Positions 12,577 to 23,699 are shown, counted from the whole stretch's first letter. The stretch is DNA of 59,569 nt, filler included, from Dugesia japonica (GCA_001938525.1; 6 parts of 6 records of this genome joined end to end with filler, not necessarily neighbours in it); one strand, 5' to 3'. Notes: generated by a model from the sequence alone, not told the origin. Numbers and translations are program-made.

Positions 12577-12776
12577 CCAATGAGGACCCCGGAAATAAAA
12601 ATAAAACAAAGAAGCAAATCTCACCTGATGATCTAAAAATAACGGCCAATGCGAGTAATAAAACTCTGAAAAGAATCTAAAAATTGTGGCCACTGCCAAT
12701 AAAAGTTATGCATTTCAAACTAAAAATAACCGGCTAATAACAACAATGTCGAGTTGTGTCTGAAAATCATTTAAAA
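12577..12776 (+). promoter_or_regulatory. LTR U3-like promoter, copy 2: CCAAT boxes and TATA-like element
   Basis: CCAAT at 12577, 12646 and 12696; CTAAT at 12734; TTTAAAA at 12770; spacing 69/50/38/36. Confidence 0.7.
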
Positions 12777-13039
12777 GCTCATGAAAAATTAGTATAAAAT
12801 TTATTAATTTTTCGAGTTAATTGCAAGTGTGAAGAATCTATTAGTCTATCTATTAGTTTGAAGAAAAAGTGAAAACTTATTATCATCGGAAGCTAAACGA
12901 GAAGTTAAAGTAAAATTGAAAAGGTTTTATCTTTGAATTAATTGCCATATTTACCAAGGAAAACCAAATCGAAAACCCAACTAATATTCACCAATTTGTC
13001 AGCATCCAACTCGTTGCAGAATTCATATACCACTCTATC

Positions 13040-13046
13040 AGTAAGT
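13040..13046 (+). promoter_or_regulatory. Predicted leader-exon splice donor A|GTAAGT
   Basis: Consensus GTAAGT at 13041 after a cgttgcag..tcat block conserved in all three copies. Counterparts are A|GTAAGA (8439, minus) and A|GTAAAA (31649). Confidence 0.6.
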
Positions 13047-14222
13047 AATGTGTCTATGATTTATTTATTATAATTATTGGTTGAAATGATATAAATGATG
13101 CTAACTCAATAAACATTTAATTTTAGATTTTCATTATTATTATTACATACAACATTCATCAATAAGGGCATACTATTTCAATAGACAGCAAAAGTGCTGA
13201 CCTCGTAAATGGATACATTAGTTCCACCCAACGTATTGTCGATTCTCATTTTGATGAAACGACAAAATTGTGATCTCATGACATACCTGTTTTCTTATCG
13301 ACGAGTAATTTATCCCAGCACTTTGACGCAAATTACACAACATGTAACCTTCTGTGGTGTCATCATAGACATACATCACTACTTATCCGATCAGTAATTA
13401 ATTTATTGCAGTCGTGGTTAAAATATACCCATGAAAGTAGATTGGGATTTGAAGTTGCGCAGCCCCCATGCAGACAATAATCGATCAATTAACACCACTA
13501 CACACAGATTTACTCTCTCGCCAAAATTATACTATTACACAATCATGTTGTTAATGTTTGTGTGTACTTAGTCAGTAAGATAATTGATAACAGAAATTTG
13601 TTGGCGTAACCAAGCAACCACATTGCGCAGTAACCCAAAAACAAAAATTAATCGTTTAACGATAATTATTTAAACTGTATTGTTCGCCCTTTTATGATCT
13701 TTGTCGGATATATATTTCAACAGGATGACTCTTGATAATAGATGTTATCATATTACAGCAACCTGATTGTCAATTATTATAATACCTGTTGCGCTTTAAA
13801 TATTATAAGGCCATTAAGATAAAATTCAATTACGAGTTGTCCGATAAAATTCATCATTACGATTATTATTACTTATTATTATCGGTATTATTATTATTAA
13901 GTATTTTATTATTATTACTGGTATTAACGATACTGTAATTATTAATATCTTAGGTTGACTTTATTAATACCACTGANNNNNNNNNNNNNNNNNNNNNNNN
14001 NNNNNNNNNNNNNNNNNNNNAGGTTAATATTATTACCATCATTCTCATTGAGTCTGCTATTATTATCACAGTTGTTAACCAGATTTAAGATCATTTCCTG
14101 TTACAAACCTAGAGAAGTGCAAGAGTTAGTCGTTATTTAGATCAAACATCATTGACTTCTAATGGCTGATTTTATAAGAGTGTGAAATTAATGATGCTTT
14201 AAAATTTATAATTATTCAGAAT

Positions 14223-14465
14223 ATGTCAACAGTGTTAAGAGTTACGTTACAATTAATTCGTAAACAACGTAGGTCCTCTCGATTGATGCAGTTACCGGCA
14301 CACCTCCTCTCTCGAGGCAAAATATAACACCCCGACGAAACAGATCTAACTTGTTTCGCGGTGATTTTCTACTCGGTGGGTTCAACCGATAAAACGTTGA
14401 AGAAGCACCTTCGTGTATATGAACAAGCATGCTCCTCGTTTTGGTTTTTTCTAACAATTATTTAA
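14223..14465 (+). pseudogene. LTR cassette ORF1, copy 2 (one in-frame stop)
   Basis: Acceptor ttcag|aatATG; MSTVLRVTLQLIRKQRRSSRLMQLPAHLLSRGKI*HPDETDLTCF...; AATAAA at 14466. Confidence 0.75.
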
Positions 14466-14574
14466 AATAAAATTATATAGAAGATCAAGGGGTTATATTG
14501 TGGCTTGTAATAATTGTAATTTTCGCAAAATAAGTTGTAACTTAAATAAAACTTTGCTTTCTTATTTATTTAGA

Positions 14575-14922
14575 ATGGAATTTATATGGGAAAGAGTCAT
14601 CGACAGACGAACGCGTCGTATAATTTTTCGACGACATATAAACCCGCACAACCAAGACGCGGAGATTCTTTCAGATCAGTCTAATCTACTCCCAGTAGAG
14701 GCTATGGTAGCACGGATCCAGAATTTTGGGGAACGACAAAATTACCAGCATTGGAATGGACCGGCGCTTGATCACGTAACTCCATTCTGCTATCAGCCTT
14801 CAGCCCCGTCGCCAGCAGTACAAGCTTTTATCACGAATTTGCTCTGGGGTATTAGAGAACCAACGGGTACTGAGAATTCTGAAAATACAGACCCAATAGT
14901 CAACACGGTGACCGACCAGTAA
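14575..14922 (+). CDS. LTR cassette ORF2, copy 2 (intact, 115 aa, unknown function)
   Basis: Acceptor tttag|aATG; MEFIWERVIDRRTRRIIFRRHINPHNQD...RQNYQHWNGP; homolog at 7253-7588; AATAAA at 14986. Confidence 0.75.
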   Translation: MEFIWERVIDRRTRRIIFRRHINPHNQDAEILSDQSNLLPVEAMVARIQNFGERQNYQHWNGPALDHVTPFCYQPSAPSPAVQAFITNLLWGIREPTGTENSENTDPIVNTVTDQ

Positions 14923-15168
14923 TGGTCAGTGTTGTTTATGGTTTCGCTGTAATCTGAAAAAATAGTTTTTTTTCAAAGGCTTAATAATAAATCCGTTTAA
15001 TTTAATTTTTTTTTCTGTTAGTTAAATTGATTTTTGTTAAAAGAATAAGTATATTTGATGATTCGTGAGTTCCTAATGAATATCACCAGGTGTGAGTAGG
15101 TGTTTCGTGCACTTCGCCAGTTTTTTATTTAGTTTTTCGTTGATTTCGTTTAATGATCTATATTCTAG

Positions 15169-15527
15169 TGCATTTCTATTTGAATCGTGCAGCTGCCCCG
15201 ACCAAGAAAATCCGCGAGTCCTGTGATAATACCGAACCTACATGGGATCTTTATAAACTCGCGAAACGGCGGTGGGAAGCAGACTCTGCATCCGCCGAAG
15301 CCAAAGTCCGTCGTTACAATAAGAAATGCCTAGTTTTTAAGACAGAGGCCGAGGCATCACATAGCCAGGAAAGAGTTTGGAAAACTCAATTAGAATCGTT
15401 TACTGAGATCATCCGGTCCTACCAANACCGAGAACATAAACTGGTTGACGATATCTTGAAGTTAAGGAGGATCATGCCGCTAGCGCNTCTTATTGTAGAT
15501 AAAGGAACCCAAACGACTCGCCCATGA
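15169..15527 (+). CDS. LTR cassette ORF3, copy 2 (open; predicted coiled coil; C-terminal LC8-type KGTQT motif); start codon predicted to form by splicing
   Basis: Acceptor tctag|TG CAT; ...AKRRWEADSASAEAKVRR...LIVDKGTQTTRP*; AATAAA at 15546; homolog at 6642-6985. Confidence 0.78.
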
Positions 15528-15634
15528 ACTCTATCAATTTTATTTAATAAAACCGTCTTTTTGAATTAATTGTTATTACGTTTTGCACCTATATATTTTG
15601 AACTAAATACCGAAATTAATGCATTATAATTTAG

Positions 15635-16017
15635 TGCCACGAATTACATTTCCCGACAATTTAAGGCGTTGTCACAGGATAATGCATCGATTACTGGTAG
15701 AGAGACACCTTAAGCGCCAGGCCGAACGTGAACTTTTGAGATATCTCGTACAGCGCAACTAGTTTATAAAAAAGCTAGATCTAATCATCAAGAAATAGAG
15801 CGATCTAGTAGTCCAAACAAAAAACCTAGAAGACCAGTCTGAACCACTACTTCAGCGAAAGGTAGATTTCCTCAAACAATATATCTCTGACCTATCACGT
15901 CAACTGGGGAATCCGACGTGGGTCCAATGGGACGATAGTTATGACCAAGCGTCTTTTGATTTTTTGGTTACCCATCCGGCCCAGTGGTTAGACCCTGGCG
16001 CTCTGGATGAATTGTAA
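15635..16017 (+). pseudogene. LTR cassette ORF4, copy 2 (two in-frame stops); start codon predicted to form by splicing
   Basis: Acceptor tttag|TG CCA; PRITFPDNLRRCHRIMHRLLVERH...QLGNPTWVQWDDSYDQASFDFLVTHPAQWLDPGALDEL*. Confidence 0.8.
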
Positions 16018-16290
16018 TTCTTGAAATATAATGTAGTTATTATTGATGTGTTGATCGGTTTATTTAGTACAATAATAAGGGAAAATAAGGAACCCGAAAC
16101 AAAGATGTACGAGTCACATCCTCCCGTAAAGTTCGAAGGTCAACCGCTCTGCATCGAAGATCTAACCTAAGGGCGTTAGATTAAATTTTTGAAAGGGATC
16201 CCCTGAGGGCCGTTTTCGCCGGCCAGCTTTTTCGTTTCATCGACGACTCAGGTGGAACCCCAACAATACTAATAATACTAATACTAAGAC

Positions 16291-16358
<68 letters not shown>

Positions 16359-17589
16359 NNNNNNNNNNNNNNNNNNNNNNNNNNNNNNNNNNNNNNNNNN
16401 NNNNNNNNNNNNNTAATAATAATAACTTAAAAATATAAACAGAAAAAATAAAATAAATAATAAAATTTGGATATTATTTGAAGTTTTTATTTTATAATAA
16501 AAAAAGAAATTCTCTATTTTAGGTTTATCAATTGAAATGTTGAATATCATTAAAAATCAGTATAAATAAGTCATATGAATTATATATTAACGCATCAATA
16601 AATTATTCCATACAAAGTGCAATTTGTTGGAAAAAGGCTAGCAGCATTAAATATTGGAATAATTATGCGCAAGAATTCGATGTGTTGATAGAAATGTTTT
16701 ATTCACTGATAATTTTCATATTTATTCATTTTGATCTAGATATAAATATTAGTTTTAATGATAATGTTAAAGCAAATCACTTTCATTAATCAGTACGTAA
16801 AGTCATAGGTAGCAGGTAGTCACAAAGTCGATTATCACGGAAATAAGAATTTCAACCGATCATCAAAAAGATTAAACTGAAAATTGAATTCGGTATTTTA
16901 GAGAATCGATTAAATCAGTGGTGTGATACTCGTGGTCCTAGACAAACATTTTTTGCGTCTCGCCTAGTATATCGGGACACAATAATATATAATAAAATAA
17001 AAAAGCNNNNNNNNNNNNNNNNNNNNNNNNNNNNNNNNNNNNNNNNNNNNNNNNNNNNNNNNNNNNNNNNNNNNNNNNNNNNNNNNNNNNNNNNNNNNNN
17101 NNNNNNNNNNNNNNNNNNNNNNNNNNNNNNNNNNNNNNNNNNNNNNNNNNNNNNNNAATATTTAAAATTTAGATTACTGATTTTTTGACAGTATTAGTGA
17201 GATCCACTGACTAACGAATTTAATCAAATGCGGCCCGAAAGATTATTTAAGTTTAAAACCCCTGATTTAGATCAAAAGATGCAAAGACTATTCTCTATGC
17301 GGGCCAAAATTTTCAATGTTACATCTATCTGGGATACATTCCAAGTACACACTTGATCTTTAAAATTTATAATATTGTAACCAGGTTTCAAATAAATAGA
17401 TATTTTAATAATTAAAATATTTCATTTTAATTTTTTTAGCAATATGAGATATATGTTTGTTGTTAACAAATTGGGAAATAATTAGTGTCCTTTTTGTGGT
17501 TGTCAAACGTAAAATTGAATGTAAGTTATCATTCGTGAGTCGATTACGTTGCTTGGATTGGTTCATATTTATGATAAAGGAAGTTTGTT

Positions 17590-18550
17590 TTGGTGTCAGT
17601 CATCGCTGATAATATAATGACTGTGTCAGATGGTGTAAGGATATGTTTACCGAAGAAAAGTTCCTTAACAAAGCGGTTAAATACATCTAAAGCTAAGACA
17701 CTCGAAAAAGCTCCTGCAAATCCTACTAACAAAAATTTTGAAATACCAGAGTTGTATGCAGATTGGATTATTCATGGTTCTAGTGTAGATGACCCAGAAC
17801 GCATAATACTCCGTGGTCATAACACACTTCTAGATCTTCTAGTAGTTAATGATTTTTGGCTAGCAGATGGTACATTTAAAGTTGTTCCAGAAATATATTA
17901 CCAATTGTATAATATTCATGTTCAATACGAATCAGGCGTCGCTTTTCCTTGTTTACTGGCTCTTTTACCAGGNNNNNNNNNNNNNNNNNNNNNNNNNNNN
18001 NNNNNNNNNNNNNNNNNNNNNNNNNNNNNNGCACGCCACAAAAAATCTTGATAGATTTTGAAACTGCAGCAATGAAAGCCTTTCGTACTGTATTTGAAAA
18101 TATCGAAGTTGGCGGATGCTTTTTCCATCTATCCCAACCCATTCTGCGTAAAGTGCATGAGTGTGGATTGAAAACTTTGTATGAATCTAATCAGTCTTTT
18201 GCTATACATATAAAAATGTTGTCATTCATTGCTTTGTTATCATAGGAAGAAGTGGTGGAGGCATTTTTAGAAGTTTCTGAACTATTTTCTGATGTAAATG
18301 AGTATTATGAACAAATTGACCAAATACTCTCCTATTTTGAGTTTACATATATTAGAGGTAGGCAACTTAGAAAAGGAACTTACAAACAACCATTGTTTAA
18401 TATTTCAATTTGATACCATAAGAAATCAGCAGCAAACTGCATAGCAAGAACTACAAATTGTATTGAAGGATGGGACTACGTACTTCAGTCACTTTTTCAG
18501 TGTTCCCATCCAGCAATTTGGAAATTTCTGAATAACATCATCAAGTAATT
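17590..18550 (+). pseudogene. MULE/Mutator transposase remnant
   Basis: WLADGTFKVVPEIYYQLYNIH; ILIDFETAAMKAFRTVF..GCFFHLSQ; RTTNCIEGW (MULE D, D, CxxH, E motifs); stops and a gap. Confidence 0.88.
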
Positions 18551-18799
18551 GTCATTGTAACATAAAAACTATTTACAGCATTTAACTGATTAAAAAAAAC
18601 CATGGGCGTATTCGTTAAACAAACTTAAAAAACTTAAATCTTTTTTTAAAAATATCGAAAGTAACAAATGTATTAATAAATTAAAGTAAATTAAATTAAA
18701 TTTTTTGTAAAAAAATTATAAATAGTTTAAAGATTAATTTAAATATTTTAATACACAATTTATTGTAGATTTTTAGAAATTACAATTTTGTTTTAAAAT

Positions 18800-21290
18800 A
18801 TTAGAAGATTTTTAAATGATACTTTTAAAGCAAATGACTATTTTGCTTTAGAAATTTTGTGAAAATTTTCAATGATATGTTAATAACAAATGATTATTTG
18901 TTTTAAAATTTTGGCGAAATTTTAAATGAGATTTTGATAACAAATAATTATCTTTAAATTTTCGAATTATTTTTAATGAAAGTTTAATCTAAATTTTTAA
19001 ATTTATTAAAAATAGTTTCCAATTAGAGCATGGAGTTTTAATTTGTTTGAAAAAACAAATAATGATGGATATAGTTTCGTTTTGTGAATAAATCTTTTAT
19101 AGAATCGAGTTTTGATATTAATTATTCGATGAGTACATCAACCTCATCTAACATGGTGGCAGCGGTTAATTTTGCATGCGATCACAGAGAAATTGTTATC
19201 AAAAATATTTTGCAGAGGCGATTATCTAGATAAGTATAATACTTCACATTGCTATTAAGAAAGACCAAGAGCGCTTAATAACATGTATGCTTGATGGAGA
19301 TTTAATGACAACATATGTAAAAACATTGAAGGATGATGACGGATATCAAGAGAGATTGCGATTAGCTTTTGAGAGCAATAGAGATGTAATAAAAGATTTG
19401 CAGAATCTTGTAAGTTTTCAACGTGGAGATGAAGCCCTTGAGTTGTTCTTTAAAAAAGTGAAAGATTTGGTCGATAAAGCTTTAGCAAATGGAGAGCTGA
19501 CGAAAGAAACGCTTTTGTCAAAAATGCTAATAAAATGTGCAAATAGTAAAAAAGAAGAAGAAATTATTATGCAAATATTGAAGAAAGTAGAAGATAAAAA
19601 ACAATATCATTTGTTAAAAGAATAGAAAGAAGAAAACCTATTAACACAGTAAAGAGTTAAGCGGGTGTAACACCTAGAAAACGTACGTGAGATATGATAC
19701 AAAATATCAAGCGAGTTATGAAAAGAACAGAATCACAGTGTTGGACATGTCAGAGTTATGGGCATACCAAAAGATAGTGTCTAAAAAATGCTCATGTGGA
19801 ATAATGGACTTGTCACAAAAAATGGCATTTAAGCAGAAACTGTCCAGACAAAGAAATCAACAAAATGTTTTGGGTGTGATAAGATTGGTCATATCAAAAG
19901 GATGTGCACAGAAATGGTATGTTGTGAATGTAAAATACCAGGTCACAGAGCAGAAGAATGTTATTCGAACATTAGTAAACCTAGACTAGAAGCGAGACGA
20001 CACAATTCTAAACGCGGACAACAAACAAAAGATTAAAGTCGGACCAAACCAATTTATGTCATTTGAGAAGAGGATGGTGAAGAGAATAAATAGATATTTT
20101 CTAGGAGCATAATAGAAAATGAAGACCAGAGAAGAGAATACCTAAAAGGCAGGTCTCCATCAGTAGAGGAGTATGTCGGAGCCATTAACAAAACGAGTTA
20201 CCGTTTGAATATCCTCAAAAGGCCGAGAAATGAAATGAGACGAGTAAAGGGAAAGAAAAGGCTTACAGATTCCTAAAAACAGAAACTTTCAATGATGCGG
20301 AAAAATTTGTTTGCAACATTTCGAAGGCAGATACAGACAGGCGAACGATTGAGACATGCAATGAAGTTTCTAGAAATTAACAAAGATCATAGATTGACCG
20401 CAATTATTCAGAATAATGAAGATGTCTTCATGGTGGATAAATGAGGTATTGAATGCACACACTTAACAAAGCATCGAATAATCATCAAAGGAGGTCCAAT
20501 CAACATAAAACCGTATTGCCAACCAATGAATTCAGAAGAGAAGATTGAAGAGGCCATTAAAAATTTGTTCGATAACGGTATCATCCGTAGGTGTAATTCT
20601 CAATGGAATACGCCATTAATCTGAGTTTGAATTCAGCAAAAAAGGATACAGGATTATGCTTAGACTTTAGACAGGTCAATGCAATAGCAGAAAGACAAGC
20701 TTTTTCTATGCCAAATGTGTAAAATATGCTAGATACTTTGGAAGGTACACATTATTTTAGCTCAATTGACTTGGGAAATGCATTTTATCAAGTGAAACTC
20801 AGTGAAGATTCTCAAGAGAAGAGAGATTTTTCAACTAAACAAGAGCAATTTTGTTTCAATAGAAATACTTTTGGAATTGCAGCAGCACCAGGTACGTTCC
20901 AGGAAATGATGAATAAAGTGATCGGGAAAATAAAAGGAGTAATGGTTTATCTAGATGATATTCTCATATTTACCGCAACAAAGGAGCAACACTTTGAACT
21001 AGTCAATAAAGTATTGACAGAAACTAAGAATGCTTGTCTAAGAGTTTACCTAACAAAATGCCAATTTATCCAAAAGGAGATCAAATTTCTGCGACGCGTT
21101 ATCAGTAAATGACTATTTTTTAAATGAAAGTTTAATCTAAATTTTAAATTTATTAAAAAATAGTTTCCGATTAATGCATGTAGTTTTAATTTGTTTGAAT
21201 AAACAAATAATTATGGATATAGTTTTGTTTTGTGAATAAATCTTTTATGGAAACGAGTTTTGATATTAATTACCCGATGAGCGCTTCAAA
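18800..21290 (+). mobile_element. Internally deleted Gypsy LTR retrotransposon (LTR-PBS-gag-RT-partial LTR)
   Basis: Direct repeats 18967-19142 and 21113-21290; PBS at 19154; gag with CCHC knuckles 19287-20190; RT 20726-21112 (SIDLGNAFYQ, VYLDDILI); no RNase H or integrase. The LTR start is approximate. Confidence 0.88.
19154..19166 (+). other. Primer-binding site complementary to the tRNA-Leu 3' end
   Basis: ...CTAACA|TGGTGGCAGCGGT directly after the LTR end. Confidence 0.8.
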
Positions 21291-21752
21291 CACAAATAAA
21301 GAAGCAATATATGCTATTTTTTCAGAAAAATGGATACGAAACTTTTGTTAAACATTTATAATAATTCAGAAGATTACCTTCTTTAACCTTACTACTCATT
21401 TTTGATTTTCTTAAAATCAGGTAATCTTGAATTAAATACATCTTTCTGTAAAATACTTCTGTAAAAATTATGGTCTTAATTTAATATATTTAAATTTTAC
21501 TAATGGAAATTATAAACTAGTTATAAGCTATCAATTCCAAATTTTAAAATTTACTACAAATTATAAATTTAAAATTTAGTTTTTTTTAAACATATAATTA
21601 CCTAAAATTTAATGTTTATTTCACAAATTTCTTTTATGATTTAATTTAAAATATTTAACAAAATAATTTTAATAAATTCCGTCTCAATATACAAAAAATG
21701 TAACATCGCTTTTAAAAGCAATCATGCAATAATAATAATGATAATAATACTA

Positions 21753-21819
<67 letters not shown>

Positions 21820-21919
21820 NNNNNNNNNNNNNNNNNNNNNNNNNNNNNNNNNNNNNNNNNNNNTTAATTAATTAANNNNNNNNNNNNNNNNNNNNNNNNN
21901 NNNNNNNNNNNNNNNNNNN

Positions 21920-23137
21920 ACAACTTTAATATTTTTTTAGTTTGTCGTTTCAACCATTTAACAATTGAAGACGAATTTCAACGATAGTGGATAGATTTTG
22001 TTTTTATTATAAATAAAGATTTAAAATTGTTTTTATTGTCTTTTAAACATTATAATAGAATAGTTTATAAATTTTATGTAATAGTTTTTATAATAAAAGT
22101 AAAATTAATAGTAAATTCAAATTATTTGTGTTCTATTTTTTGGACATATAAAATAATCAAAAAAATTTTCAAAAATAAAATTTCAAATTTTTCAAATTTT
22201 CTTTTAAGATTTCTATCTACAAAAAATTATAGTCTCTAGTAAAAAATAAAGTTTTCAAAAAACTATATCGCAAGTCACTCAAAAACATGGGAGGAGTCGA
22301 GGACAGAAACTTTGTAACGTTATATCGTCACTAGCTTTCAAAATAAAAATTTCAAAAAAATATCATTAGACTCTACATATTTTTCTCTATTTTATCACGT
22401 TACAAAATATTCTAAAACAAAATATCTTTTTTTAATTTTTCAGAAAAAAAATTTTCAAAAATATTAAAAAAATTTTTCTTTTCAAAACATCTATTTTTCC
22501 ATGCGCGCGCACAACACATACACTTTCCTCAACAATCATCTCCACTTTCGTCCTCTTAGTTGCTGAGAAAAATCAAAACAAAAATATCTTTTCCCGTTAC
22601 CATAGTAACCGCACCATTCTTTGTCACCAAGCTCAGAAAAAAATCCACATCCCATTACAAAAATAATTNNNNNNNNNNNNNNNNNNNNNNNNNNNNNNNN
22701 NNNNNNNNNNNNNNNNNNNNNNNNNNNNNNNNNNNNNNNNNNNNNNNNNNNNNNNNNNNNNNNNNNNNNNNNNNNNNNNNNNNNNNNNNNNNNNNNNNNN
22801 NNNNNNNNNNNNNNNNNNNNNNNNNNNNNNNNNATATCAAAAATAATGTTTTTATTTTTTCAGAAAAAATTCCCAAAAAAATATATAAAATTTTTTGGTT
22901 GCCATGAAAACAGTTGCCATAGATACGGGCACTAGCGACACACACAACGCACCCATTGTTGCCATGGTTACGTCATTGGTTACCGCACAAAATCAATTTT
23001 TCTCTCATCGCGACGGTTGCCATGGCAACGACATTGACCTACTTTCCGTGACCTTGACCTACTTTATTGGTTGTCATGGCAACCGTTGCCATGGCAATGG
23101 GGGCCCCTCTGTCCTCGACTCCTCCCTTCCCACTACT
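21920..23137. mobile_element. Probable Polinton terminal inverted repeat ending in ACTACT
   Basis: Ends ...cccttcccACTACT at 23137 (Polinton AGTAGT terminus on minus); GC-rich subterminal region; perfect 19-bp inverted repeat 22289-22307 / 23108-23126. Confidence 0.55.
22596..23098. promoter_or_regulatory. Cluster of seven RFX X-box motifs (GTTGCCATGGCAAC-like)
   Basis: 14-mers at 22596, 22898, 22913, 22958, 23016 (perfect palindrome), 23070 and 23085. Confidence 0.7.
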
Positions 23138-23699
23138 CATAATGGTTGATCTTGGTAATCTTTTGGTTGGTTTTAGTCAAGTTTGGTAAAATATTCTCTC
23201 GGTAAAATCGAATGGGTTCTATTTTGTTCAAAGATTTCCTCAAGTTGATTGAAATTTGTTGATCATTGCGGATTTTTGGCATTTCCTATTAAAACGTTCC
23301 TCAGTAAAGTTGATTCTTGTTAATTTTGGTCAAAACGTCAAATGGTCGATTTTGATCAAATTTTAGTGATTTCGATTAAAGGTTTTACAGAGATTTGTGG
23401 GGAAAGACGATTTTGTTTAGATATTTAAATTATTAAAAACTGATTAAAATTTTCATATGAATCCCAGTGAATTATTTGTTTTTAAATAACCTACACCAAA
23501 AAATGTAAATTTTGTTGATAAATATTCAATAACACACAATGTTTTACCACTCATAAAAAATTTTTTTAAAAATCCCAGGATTGAAAGTTTTCGCGATTTT
23601 TGCAAACCATAGTTTGGGATCTATTAACAATCTAACATTGAATACAATAATTTACTTAAAATTGACAAATTTGATTATATACTTGACAAAATAATACAT

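Larger units (their letters stand above)
11868..16265 (+). mobile_element. Giant solo-LTR-like element, copy 2 (complete, about 4.4 kb) with four-ORF cassette
   Basis: TGTTGGGG at 11868 and CCCCAACA ending at 16265 (8-bp inverted termini). 4-bp TSD ATAC at 11864-11867 and 16266-16269. Inserted in an (AAT)n tract. No gag/pol or transposase inside. Confidence 0.88.

Noticed and set aside
14242-14457. Minus-strand ORF and other antisense ORFs over the cassette (6216-6404, 7184-7378)
   Set aside because: Shadows of the conserved opposite-strand ORFs; not conserved between copies.
15169-15660. SL trans-splicing (flatworm SL ends in AUG) as the start-codon source for ORF3/ORF4
   Set aside because: AUG joined at these acceptors is out of frame (AUG TGC ATT TCT ATT TGA; AUG TGC CAC ... 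TAA). Only a donor contributing one base restores the conserved frame.
11868-16265. Ginger-type DNA transposon interpretation (TGT ends, 4-bp TSD)
   Set aside because: Inverted termini are only 8 bp and no integrase/transposase is present; a solo LTR fits better, though this is not proven.
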